From Bacilli bacterium (lineage in GTDB: Bacteria > Bacillota_I > Bacilli_A > RFN20 > UBA1709): a stretch of DNA of 64,000 bases. Both the position numbers and the translations under genes were made by a program. Where the stretch lies: contig JAZRXY010000028.1 in NCBI GenBank assembly GCA_045600465.1, positions 55,577-119,576 of the forward strand, given 5' to 3'. Within the stretch, counting starts at the first letter, position 1, and every line of letters starts with the position of its first letter. Positions 16,316-24,939 of this stretch are shown piece after piece. Below the pieces are notes generated by a model. The model worked only from the letters and a program-made list of their open reading frames with translations. It was not told where the DNA came from and did no database searches.

Positions 16316-18025
16316 ATGGCAAATAAAATTGACTTAATAAGTAAAGTTAGAAGTGGCGATCAAAAAGCAATAAAAGAACTCATGAAGACTACAAGACTTC
16401 ATGTTTTAAACATGGCTAGAAGCTGTGTAAATAACGATGACGATGCTTTACTTGTTGCGCAACAATCCTACGAAGATTTAATTTTAGGGAAAGCTAAAGT
16501 TGATGATGTTTGTAAATACTTAAACAAAAGAGTAATTGCTAATGCAAACAAACTCAAAAATAATAAACTTGATTTTAATCTTAAACATAAAGCTAAGAAA
16601 TCAATTGATTTAGATAAAGTAGATATTAATAATGCAAAAGATTGTTTAAATAATCCATATCTAGAAAGAGTTATTTATGAAACATTTGATAAGTTAAACG
16701 ATGAAGAAAAAGCAGTTGTAATGCCAATATATTATTCTTCAAATAGTGTAGAAGATGTTGCTAAAGAATTAAAACAAGATAAAAAAACAATTCAAGATTA
16801 TCTTGATGTTGCTAATGAAAAGATTGATAAAACATTCCAAAAATTATGTAAGAAATATAAACTAGGGAACCTCGTTAATTCAAAAGTCTACAATGCTTCG
16901 TTTATTTATTCAGTTGTCAAATTAGGATATAGTATTGTCACTCTTGATGTGGTTGGTTTATCAGTTGACTTAATTGGTGATAGTAAAAAACCTAGTGCTA
17001 TTGGAATAAATAAAATTAAGGAAGATAACCCCCTTGATGTAACATTAAAAATTTTTGTTAGAGCAGTTTTTAAAGATTTAGTAAAAGACTTCTTTATTGG
17101 AAGAGCACAAAGTGTTGTAACTGGAGCATTCAGCGGAATTGCAATAGGAGGGACAACATTATCTTCAGGGGCAAGTGCTGGTGGAGCAAGTAGTGGAGCA
17201 ACTACAGTTGGCCTATCTTCAACAGCTGCCACTGGTGCGACAAGTGGAGCAGCAACGGTAAGTTTATCTTCAACAGCAGCGACAAGTGGAGCAGTAGGAG
17301 CAACAACCGTTGGAACTACTAGTATAGCAGGAACAGTTGGTGTAACAACAGCTGGTGCAGGGGCAACGATTGCAAGCACTACAGTTATTGGGACTGCAGT
17401 TGCTTCAGGCGCAATAGCAAGTGGTGTGGCTGCAGCTACAACAGCCGCAGCAACTACAGCAGCAGTTGCCTCAGGAGCAGCAATTGCAACGGGAGCAGGA
17501 ATTGCCACAGCAGGAAGTGCAATTGTAACAGGAGCAATTTCTGTTGGTATTGCAGCAGCAACTATTGCAGGTGGTGTTGTTGCAGAAGAAATAATTACAC
17601 CAGAAAAAAATGAACCTATTAAACACGAAGAGCAAGTAGAAATTACTTGTGAGGCTTTATATGCTAATTCTCCATTTACAATCTTAATCTACTCAAATGA
17701 TGATGTTAATGTTACTTCAATTGACCTTCATGGGCGTCTTGATAATGAAGTATTTGGCTATTTAACAGATGCTGATTTGGAATTTATTAATTCAATAGAA
17801 GGATTAGAAATTGAATATCAAAAAGATATTCCAAATAATTATCATTCTATAATAGATGTTCATGTTGATAAGACAAAAATTAATCCAGAAATATTCGAGG
17901 GTTTAAAAGGATTTGTTGGAGATCAATACGAGTTTATTGATGATGTAGGAGAAATGATTAATTACGATGTTGATGAATTATATAATTATTTAGTAGAGCA
18001 AACGTATAAAGTTAATAGAAATTAG
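16316..18025 (+). CDS. sigma-70/ECF-like N-terminal module fused to a long G/A/T/S/V/I low-complexity region and an acidic C-terminal domain
   Basis: aa 1-180 look like sigma regions 2 and 4 (SGDQKAIKELMK...; LNDEEKAVVMPIYYSSNSVEDVAKELKQDKKTIQDYL). aa ~270-435 contain almost only G, A, T, S, V and I. Confidence 0.6.
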   Translation: MANKIDLISKVRSGDQKAIKELMKTTRLHVLNMARSCVNNDDDALLVAQQSYEDLILGKAKVDDVCKYLNKRVIANANKLKNNKLDFNLKHKAKKSIDLDKVDINNAKDCLNNPYLERVIYETFDKLNDEEKAVVMPIYYSSNSVEDVAKELKQDKKTIQDYLDVANEKIDKTFQKLCKKYKLGNLVNSKVYNASFIYSVVKLGYSIVTLDVVGLSVDLIGDSKKPSAIGINKIKEDNPLDVTLKIFVRAVFKDLVKDFFIGRAQSVVTGAFSGIAIGGTTLSSGASAGGASSGATTVGLSSTAATGATSGAATVSLSSTAATSGAVGATTVGTTSIAGTVGVTTAGAGATIASTTVIGTAVASGAIASGVAAATTAAATTAAVASGAAIATGAGIATAGSAIVTGAISVGIAAATIAGGVVAEEIITPEKNEPIKHEEQVEITCEALYANSPFTILIYSNDDVNVTSIDLHGRLDNEVFGYLTDADLEFINSIEGLEIEYQKDIPNNYHSIIDVHVDKTKINPEIFEGLKGFVGDQYEFIDDVGEMINYDVDELYNYLVEQTYKVNRN

Positions 18026-18038
18026 GAGGATAAACACT

Positions 18039-18890
18039 ATGATTTTATTAGATTGGTTAAGCAATCCAGGTGTTACTACACCATATGACTTGGAAGCAGG
18101 ATTACAAACAACTTCGACATTTAATTGGTACATTATTCCGATATTTGTTATTTTGTTTTATTGCGTTTGGAAAAACATTAGAGCTAAAAGATACTCAGTA
18201 GTTTTAGGAGGAGTAGCATTCTGGCTTTGGGATGTTTTTAATGAAACATGGAACTCAATGGTTTATGCCACAACTGGTCAACCAGTATGGGGTACAACCT
18301 TAGCGGGTAATTCATGTTTTCAAATCTTAATTGGTTATAACATTGAGATTTCTATTATGTTTATGTTTTTAGGAATGGCAACATGTTATATGCTATCAAC
18401 AACATTAGGTTATGAAGGGGAAAAATTTATGGATGGCAATAAAAATTGTCTAGAAGATTCTAATAACTTATATTACAAAGCTACAACCAAAAATAAAGAT
18501 TTAACACCAGCCCAAAGAAAGACAAAAGCAAAAGCAATTAGAGGAAGAATTCTTACAATTGTTTTAGGATCAATCTCCGCTGTTATTATTGAAATCATTT
18601 TAAATAAATGTGGAGTCCTTACTTGGGAGAAACCTTGGTGGCAACCAAACTTCCCATTCATTCTATTCCTTATCGGTTATGTTCCATTCTTTGTAGCAGC
18701 AGTCTTAATTCATGATGCTCCTAGAAAATGGCAAATAATAGGACTAGCAATTGAACTAGGTATTGTTATTGCACTTCTAGTAGTTGCAGGTTGCATGGGA
18801 ATGCTAGGACACCAAATCGAAGTCTTACCTAATGGAGATTGGGTATGGGTCGGTAAGTGGTTAAGAGAAGGAATTACATTAATTAGATAA
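18039..18890 (+). CDS. polytopic membrane protein of unknown function (paralog of 24161-24832)
   Basis: 283 aa. Shares FNW...W..IR.K.Y, LLIG, KWW and YVPFF blocks with the second copy. Confidence 0.7.
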   Translation: MILLDWLSNPGVTTPYDLEAGLQTTSTFNWYIIPIFVILFYCVWKNIRAKRYSVVLGGVAFWLWDVFNETWNSMVYATTGQPVWGTTLAGNSCFQILIGYNIEISIMFMFLGMATCYMLSTTLGYEGEKFMDGNKNCLEDSNNLYYKATTKNKDLTPAQRKTKAKAIRGRILTIVLGSISAVIIEIILNKCGVLTWEKPWWQPNFPFILFLIGYVPFFVAAVLIHDAPRKWQIIGLAIELGIVIALLVVAGCMGMLGHQIEVLPNGDWVWVGKWLREGITLIR

Positions 18891-18892
18891 CA

Positions 18893-18914
18893 AAAGAGGC
18901 TTAAGCCTCTTTTA
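18893..18914. terminator. bidirectional intrinsic terminator
   Basis: AAGAGGC-ttaa-GCCTCTT with A/T runs on both sides. Confidence 0.8.
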
Positions 18915-20639
18915 TTAATTCAGTAATTCTTTAAAGAATGTCTCATCGTAGTAAGTAGAGTAACTACCAGCATTACTATTATAAAACTCATAGACTTTAT
19001 AATTAGGTGAATAATTTGTTAACTTATAAGCTGATTCATCATAGTTTTTAATAAGTTGTCCAGAACTTTCTTGTTTTTCTAGTGAACTATTAAGATTTCC
19101 ATCATCTTTATAATCAAACGCATCATATAGTTGCTTGATTAAAGTCGCACGATTTTCTGGATTAAACCATTCAGTTTCTTGAGTGCCATTAATTAAAACA
19201 ATTTTACCAACATTGTTAGCAAACTTATCATAATCGATATTGTTTGTTAAATGAATTTCTGTCCTAGTGTCATTACCATAAGCATAACCATCTATAATAA
19301 TAAGTTCTTCGATTTTTTGGTCTTTTAATAGCGAATTAATTCCAAAGTTGGAGTTGAATGCCTGTGCTACTAATACAATTTTATTGTTTTGCAATTGAAA
19401 TTTATCAACAAATTTATCTAAGAATGTATCAATTGATTTATTTAATTTTTCTTCATCCTGCCAAGCGTTTGTTAATGGGAAAATATTAATTACATTACTA
19501 TCTTTATATGTAGATTTATACCAATTAATTATGTTTTCTTTTCCCCAATCAAAATAAGATAAAACAATAGAGGTGTTTTCATTAATTGTATCAGGTAGGA
19601 AATATGCAAAGTCCATTCTTTCATAATAGACTTCGTTAATACCTTTATTAGTAGTTAATTCATCGTTAGTTCTAGGAGCAGTTAAATCTTTTTTCCAATC
19701 ATTCTTTTCTCCAAAGAATGATTTGAAGATAATTTTTAAAACTGCATTAGTTATGGTATGCGGATAATTATCAATATCATAATAAACAATAGTACCATCA
19801 TTATAACTTGTTACATTATAGGTTGCATTTTGTTGGTAAAGAGAATTAGATCCAAAAAATTCTTCTTTTGTTAGTGAATCATTGAGTTGCTTGTCATCGA
19901 TATAATCGAATAGTGTAGTCATTTGTTTTACAACATATTTAGCATTTGCTGGCACAACTCTTTCATCCATTTTACCATGGAATATTAGAGCTTTTTGTTT
20001 ATCCAATGCGACACTTTTATAGAAGTTTTTTGGATAAGTAAAATCACTATTTCCACTTATAACATCATTCGCTTCGTTAATAGTATTAGCAACACCATCA
20101 GCTATACCTGCGACACTAGCAATTCCTTTATACATTGGGTTAGAAAAGAATAAACCGATAGCTTCAGCAGCACCTGCTGAAAGTCCTGAAATATAGACTT
20201 TATCTTTGTTTATATTGCACGCTTCGATGACTTGTCTAGTTATTTCATTAATGGCAGCTGAATCTAAAGCAAAGCCTTTTCTATTATTTTCAAAAAACCA
20301 ATTCCAACATAAGTCGGTGTTACAAGTATAATTTTGTGAAGGTAAAACAACAACAGCGTTATACTCTTCAGCACATTTTTTAAAATCATAATTTTTGTAG
20401 TAGGCATAACCATCATTGCCACAACCATGAAGAAATAATAGAAGCCCTGTTTCAGAGTTATAACAAGAAGGAACATAGTATAAGTAATTAAAACTATTTA
20501 AACTACCTTTGTGTTCTCCAATTTCGTTACTAAATTGATTTTCAATTGTGGGGTTTGTTTCATGAGGGTTTTTGTTTGAAGTGGTTCCACAACTAACTAG
20601 TAGAAAACATCCTAATAATAAAGCTAAAAATTTTTGCAT
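18915..20639 (-). CDS. secreted lipoprotein: PHB-depolymerase-family esterase domain plus a C-terminal domain of unknown function
   Basis: The ATG at 20639 follows a GGGGTG SD. Lipobox LLVSCG. LLFLHGCGN and the nucleophile elbow GLSAGA. Confidence 0.7.
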   Translation of the reverse strand: MQKFLALLLGCFLLVSCGTTSNKNPHETNPTIENQFSNEIGEHKGSLNSFNYLYYVPSCYNSETGLLLFLHGCGNDGYAYYKNYDFKKCAEEYNAVVVLPSQNYTCNTDLCWNWFFENNRKGFALDSAAINEITRQVIEACNINKDKVYISGLSAGAAEAIGLFFSNPMYKGIASVAGIADGVANTINEANDVISGNSDFTYPKNFYKSVALDKQKALIFHGKMDERVVPANAKYVVKQMTTLFDYIDDKQLNDSLTKEEFFGSNSLYQQNATYNVTSYNDGTIVYYDIDNYPHTITNAVLKIIFKSFFGEKNDWKKDLTAPRTNDELTTNKGINEVYYERMDFAYFLPDTINENTSIVLSYFDWGKENIINWYKSTYKDSNVINIFPLTNAWQDEEKLNKSIDTFLDKFVDKFQLQNNKIVLVAQAFNSNFGINSLLKDQKIEELIIIDGYAYGNDTRTEIHLTNNIDYDKFANNVGKIVLINGTQETEWFNPENRATLIKQLYDAFDYKDDGNLNSSLEKQESSGQLIKNYDESAYKLTNYSPNYKVYEFYNSNAGSYSTYYDETFFKELLN

Positions 20640-20755
20640 TAAAACCACCCCTTTTAACACTACAAATTATAACATATACTTAATGCTTGGCAAAATAAGG
20701 TAACATTATTTTTCAAAAGGTGTATAATGATTTTGGACAAATGAGGTGAGTGAGA

Positions 20756-21538
20756 ATGAAAGTAATTATTATTACTGGAGCAAGTAGTGGTATTGGTCTT
20801 ACAACAGCCAAGTATTTTGTAACTAAGGGTTATAAAGTATATGGGATTGCTAAAGATAAATATCAAGGAAATGAATTTACTTGCTATCAAGCTGATGTTT
20901 GTGACTATGCTAGCATTGATAAAATCTTTGCAGAAATCTATAAAAAAGAAGGACATATTGATGCACTATTTAATAATGCAGGATTTGGAATTGCAGGAGC
21001 AATGGAAGATGCTAGTAAAGAAAAGATACAAAATATTGTTAATGTAAATTTAGTAGCAGTAACTACATTATCTTCAAAGATTATTCCTTACCTTAGAAAA
21101 AGTGGTGGGGGAAGAATTGTAAACACTTCAAGTGTTGGAGGATTAATGCCTCTACCATATCAAGCGATGTATAGTGCAACTAAAGCTGGAGTTGAAGTTT
21201 ATTCTAGAGCACTAGATAACGAAGTAAGACCATTTAACATTAGAGTAATTGCAGTCTTACCTGGCGATACAAAAACAGGCTTTACAGCAGCTAGAGAATT
21301 TGAAGATAAAAATAGTGGTAATGGTGAAGCTGCTGCTAGATCAATTGCTAAGATGGCAAAAGATGAACAAAATGGAGCAGATCCAATCACAGTTTCCAAA
21401 GCAGTCTATCAAGTTATTGAAGCCAAAAATCCTCCATTAAGAAAGATAGTAGGATTAGTTTCTAATCTAGAATGCTTCGTTATTAGATTACTACCATTAA
21501 GATTTATTAACTTTGTGATATCAAAAATGTATTGTTAA
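20756..21538 (+). CDS. classical short-chain dehydrogenase/reductase (SDR)
   Basis: TGASSGIG cofactor motif and catalytic YSATK. Confidence 0.85.
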   Translation: MKVIIITGASSGIGLTTAKYFVTKGYKVYGIAKDKYQGNEFTCYQADVCDYASIDKIFAEIYKKEGHIDALFNNAGFGIAGAMEDASKEKIQNIVNVNLVAVTTLSSKIIPYLRKSGGGRIVNTSSVGGLMPLPYQAMYSATKAGVEVYSRALDNEVRPFNIRVIAVLPGDTKTGFTAAREFEDKNSGNGEAAARSIAKMAKDEQNGADPITVSKAVYQVIEAKNPPLRKIVGLVSNLECFVIRLLPLRFINFVISKMYC

Positions 21539-21551
21539 GGGGATAGTAAAA

Positions 21552-22736
21552 ATGAAAGATTTATTTGAAAAAACTAAACAACATCAAATATATGATACTT
21601 TAAAGGAAACAGGGAATTATCCTTATTTCCATGCATTAACTAGTGGTCAAGATACTGTTGTTGAAATGGAAGGACATAGAACAATAATGCTAGGTTCTAA
21701 TAACTATCTAGGACTTACATCAAATCCTGATGTTATTAAAGCTGGTGTTGAGGCATTAGAAAAATATGGTTCAGGTTGTTCTGGATCAAGATTTTTAAAT
21801 GGCACACTTGATATCCATTTACAACTAGAAAAAGAACTAGCAGAATTTTTACATAAAGATGCTGTCATAACATTTGGAACAGGATTCCAATCAAACCTAG
21901 GAATTATTTCTTCTATCGTTGGATTTAACGATGTTATCTTATGTGATAAAGAAAACCACGCTTCAATTTATGATGGTTGTAGATTAAGTTATGGAAAACT
22001 AGTTAGATTTGAACATAACGATATGAATGACCTAAAAGAAAAATTGAAGGAAGTACCAGAAAATGTCAGTTGTTTAATTATCACTGATGGTGTTTTCTCA
22101 ATGAGTGGAGATATTGCAAATCTACCACGTATTGTCGAACTTGCTAGAAAATATGGCGCAAGAGTCATGGTTGATGATGCTCATGGATTTGGCGTTTTAG
22201 GTAAAAATGGTAGAGGAACAGCAGAATACTTTGGACTAGAAGATCAAGTCGATATCATTATGGGAACATTCTCAAAGTCATTAGCTTCTATTGGTGGATA
22301 TATGGCAGCAGACCAAAGAACAATTGATTTTGTTAAACACAGTTCACGTCCTTATATCTTTAGTGCTAGTATGACTCCTGCTAGTGCAGCTTGTGCCTTA
22401 GCAGCTTTAAGAATAATTAAGAGTGAACCTAATCGCCCTGCCAGACTTCTTGAACTTACAAAACATATGCAAGATAAATTAAAAGAATATAACATTAATA
22501 TCATTGAAGCTAAAACTCCAATAATTCCAATTTATACTTATGATGATGAAAAAGCATTTAAAGCGTGTGCATTACTTCTTGAAAGAGGAGTATATGTTAA
22601 TCCAGTAGTAAGTCCTGCCACTCCAAAAGGCAAAGCACTACTTAGAACTTCTTATACAGCAACACATACATTTGAAGAATTAGATGAGGCTGCTAAAAAG
22701 ATTAAAGAAGTTCTAGATATTCTAGATGTAAAATAA
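21552..22736 (+). CDS. PLP-dependent alpha-oxoamine synthase, serine-palmitoyltransferase-like
   Basis: GSNNYLGL, GSGCSGSRFLNGT, DDAHGFG, PLP-lysine GTFSKS, RPYIFSAS. It starts 13 nt after the SDR gene. Confidence 0.8.
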   Translation: MKDLFEKTKQHQIYDTLKETGNYPYFHALTSGQDTVVEMEGHRTIMLGSNNYLGLTSNPDVIKAGVEALEKYGSGCSGSRFLNGTLDIHLQLEKELAEFLHKDAVITFGTGFQSNLGIISSIVGFNDVILCDKENHASIYDGCRLSYGKLVRFEHNDMNDLKEKLKEVPENVSCLIITDGVFSMSGDIANLPRIVELARKYGARVMVDDAHGFGVLGKNGRGTAEYFGLEDQVDIIMGTFSKSLASIGGYMAADQRTIDFVKHSSRPYIFSASMTPASAACALAALRIIKSEPNRPARLLELTKHMQDKLKEYNINIIEAKTPIIPIYTYDDEKAFKACALLLERGVYVNPVVSPATPKGKALLRTSYTATHTFEELDEAAKKIKEVLDILDVK

Positions 22737-22758
22737 AAGAGGCGCTGCCTCTTTTTTC
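22735..22758 (+). terminator. intrinsic terminator
   Basis: AGAGGC-gct-GCCTCT followed by TTTTT. Confidence 0.8.
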
Positions 22759-22927
22759 GTATACTAAAACTAGGAGTGAATTTTTTAGTTTTTTTATTTC
22801 TAATATTGATGTATAATAATAATGATGGAAAGTTATTTATATCTTAGGGCAGTTACTGACCCTGCAAAAACCATGTAAAGCTTTGACTTTTTATTCTTGG
22901 TCTTTCCATCACTATCGAAATAAGTTG

Positions 22928-22956
22928 GCTGAGAGAATTTTTGACTCTCAGCTTTT
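22928..22956 (+). terminator. left-end hairpin/terminator of the IS
   Basis: GCTGAGAG-9 nt-CTCTCAGC followed by TTTT. IS200 is known to carry such a read-through blocker. Confidence 0.55.
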
Positions 22957-23034
22957 CTTATGTAACTCGAAGAGTAACATAAAACCGCCTTCTTTGAGGG
23001 CGAGAAATGAATAAGCAAGAGCGATAGGCAAAAT

Positions 23035-23093
23035 AAAACCTTCCGGTGTATAATGGTAATGCTCAATTGCCAAGGCACAGAAAGGAAGGTTTT
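23035..23093 (+). promoter_or_regulatory. stem sequestering the tnpA Shine-Dalgarno
   Basis: AAAACCTTCC (23035-23044) is perfectly complementary to GGAAGGTTTT (23084-23093), which sits immediately before the ATG at 23094. Confidence 0.55.
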
Positions 23094-23564
23094 ATGCCAC
23101 ATTTTAAAAATGATGACACAAGTAGTTTATCACACACGAGGTGGGATTGTCAGTATCATATTGTGTTTACGCCGAAATATCGAAGGAAAGCAATATATGC
23201 GAAACTACGACAGGATATAGGGAAATATGTGCGGAGGTTGTGTGAATACAAAGGGGTAGAAATAGTAGAAGCACATGCTATGGTAGACCATATACATATG
23301 CTTGTAAAAATACCACCGAAGATAAGTGTATCATCATTCATGGGATATTTGAAGGGAAAAAGCAGTTTGATGATTTTTGATGAACACGCCAACTTAAAAT
23401 ATAATTATGGGAGTAGGCACTTCTGGTCAGAAGGGGACTACGTTTCGACCGTAGGTCTAAACAAGAAAACAATACAGAATTATATTCGTAACCAAGAAAT
23501 AGAAGATCGGATATCGGACAAAAGAAGTTTAAAGGAATATAACGACCCGTTTACGGGTAAGTAA
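23094..23564 (+). CDS. tnpA: IS200/IS605 family transposase TnpA (Y1 HUH transposase)
   Basis: YHIVFTPKYRRK, HUH motif DHIHMLV, catalytic Tyr region FWSEGDYVSTVG. 156 aa counted from the ATG at 23094. Confidence 0.9.
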   Translation: MPHFKNDDTSSLSHTRWDCQYHIVFTPKYRRKAIYAKLRQDIGKYVRRLCEYKGVEIVEAHAMVDHIHMLVKIPPKISVSSFMGYLKGKSSLMIFDEHANLKYNYGSRHFWSEGDYVSTVGLNKKTIQNYIRNQEIEDRISDKRSLKEYNDPFTGK

Positions 23565-24004
23565 GAGTGTCCAAGGCAATTGGGCAAATAAAAACACCCC
23601 GAAATCGGGGTGGCCAGTAATTAGCCTTGAAGGCGTTAGAGAAAAACCACGCCTTGTCAGACGTGGATTTTTATTTTTATGTAGGCGTACATCTAAAGCA
23701 AGTGATTAAATATTTCTTGACTAAATCACTTTTGTTGGATGCTTTTTGAAAATAGTTATCAACTTTCATTGGATGCGCTTACCAACGATTACCAACTTTT
23801 ATTTGAGAGAACCTATTATACTACATAATTTTAAAAAATGCCTCTTTTGAGGATTTTTCGTCGTGGTTTTGATTATATACGTTAATTTATTAGAAAATTA
23901 TTAATTTAATACTTGATTTTCCTTATCTAATTTTTTGCTCAAAAAACTTAAAAAGTATTGAAAAAGGGGATAAAATAAGTTAAGATAATAAAGCAATCAT
24001 AAAT

Positions 24005-24081
24005 GGATCCTTAGCTCAGCTTGGTAGAGCAACTGACTCTTAATCAGTGGGTCTGGGGTTCGAATCCCCAAGGATCCACCA
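24005..24081 (+). tRNA. tRNA-Lys (anticodon CTT) with encoded CCA
   Basis: Hand-folded cloverleaf: acceptor GGATCCT/AGGATCC, anticodon loop CT-CTT-AA, T-loop TTCGAAT. Confidence 0.9.
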
Positions 24082-24087
24082 TTTATT

Positions 24088-24111
24088 AGAACACTCAGTG
24101 TTCTTTTTTTT
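24088..24111 (+). terminator. intrinsic terminator after tRNA-Lys
   Basis: AGAACAC-tca-GTGTTCT followed by T8. Confidence 0.8.
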
Positions 24112-24160
24112 ATCTAAAAAGTGATATAATAATGTTAAGCAAAAAAACAGGAGGGAATAT

Positions 24161-24832
24161 ATGTTTTTTAAATTTTGGGGTGATGGTTCTAATTTTGCTA
24201 AAGGCTTAATTCAACAAATCGCAGTACGTAGTACAGAAAATTTTAATTGGACGTTTATTTTTATTCTAGCTGTTGTTTTCTATGTTTATTGGAGTGAAAT
24301 AAGAAAGAAAAACTATACAGCAGTCTATGCAGGACTTGCACTATATGGAGTTCACTGGTTATATGAAATTGTTAATGCTGTTATTGCACATTTCTCTGGT
24401 TATCCATTATGGGCAGTCAGCAATGAATCAACATCATTTATTTTGTTAATTGGTGTTTGTTGGGAATTATCAATGATGTTTGCTTTAGCTGGTATTATTT
24501 CATTTAAGATGTTACCAGATGATCGTAGCAAGCGTTATTTTGCTAAAGGTAAATTCAAAGGTATTAGCTGCAAATTAGTTGGTGCTATTGAAATGGCAGT
24601 CTTATTTGCATTATTTGAATCTTTCTTAGCAGGTACTACAAATAATAGCTTTATTTGGGTTTACAAATGGTGGGGAGTACTTCCTGTATTCATCACAACC
24701 TATGTGCCATTCTTCTTGGCAAGCAACTTTGTTCCTGATATGAAACCAAAAACAAGAAAATGGTTCTTGATAGGGCTATGGGGATTAGTAGCACTTTTGT
24801 TAATTGTATTAATTCCACTAGGAATAATTTAG
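24161..24832 (+). CDS. polytopic membrane protein of unknown function (paralog of 18039-18890)
   Basis: 223 aa, collinear with the other copy but lacking its Lys-rich central loop. Confidence 0.7.
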   Translation: MFFKFWGDGSNFAKGLIQQIAVRSTENFNWTFIFILAVVFYVYWSEIRKKNYTAVYAGLALYGVHWLYEIVNAVIAHFSGYPLWAVSNESTSFILLIGVCWELSMMFALAGIISFKMLPDDRSKRYFAKGKFKGISCKLVGAIEMAVLFALFESFLAGTTNNSFIWVYKWWGVLPVFITTYVPFFLASNFVPDMKPKTRKWFLIGLWGLVALLLIVLIPLGII

Positions 24833-24837
24833 AGATT

Positions 24838-24861
24838 AAAAGAGGCACAGCCTCTTTTTAT
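24838..24861 (+). terminator. intrinsic terminator
   Basis: AGAGGC-aca-GCCTCT followed by TTTT. Confidence 0.8.
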
Positions 24862-24939
24862 ATGAAAAACATTAATATTTTACATATTATTTATATTTGT
24901 GTATAATGATATAGATTTTTTAGGAAAGAGGTATAAATT

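Larger units (their letters stand above)
22845..23690 (+). mobile_element. IS200/IS605-family insertion sequence (IS200 type, tnpA only); the ends are approximate
   Basis: Intact Y1 transposase flanked by GC-richer structured ends: a left-end terminator hairpin, an SD-sequestering stem and right-end hairpins (CACCCCG-aaat-CGGGGTG at 23595-23612). Confidence 0.6.

Noticed and set aside
16906-17508. A 200-aa minus-strand ORF rich in A/V/P/T.
   Set aside because: It is the mirror image of the low-complexity GCN/ACN-rich stretch of the sigma-like gene. It has no SD, and it is open only because of the codon repetitiveness.
20660-20956. A 98-aa minus-strand ORF spanning the esterase/SDR intergenic region.
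   Set aside because: It overlaps the SDR start and its promoter, has low-complexity Ile/Phe/Asn content and has no SD.
22833-23102. An 89-aa minus-strand ORF upstream of tnpA.
   Set aside because: It lies in the structured left end of the IS200-type element (terminator hairpin and SD-sequestering stem). It has no SD and an implausible sequence.
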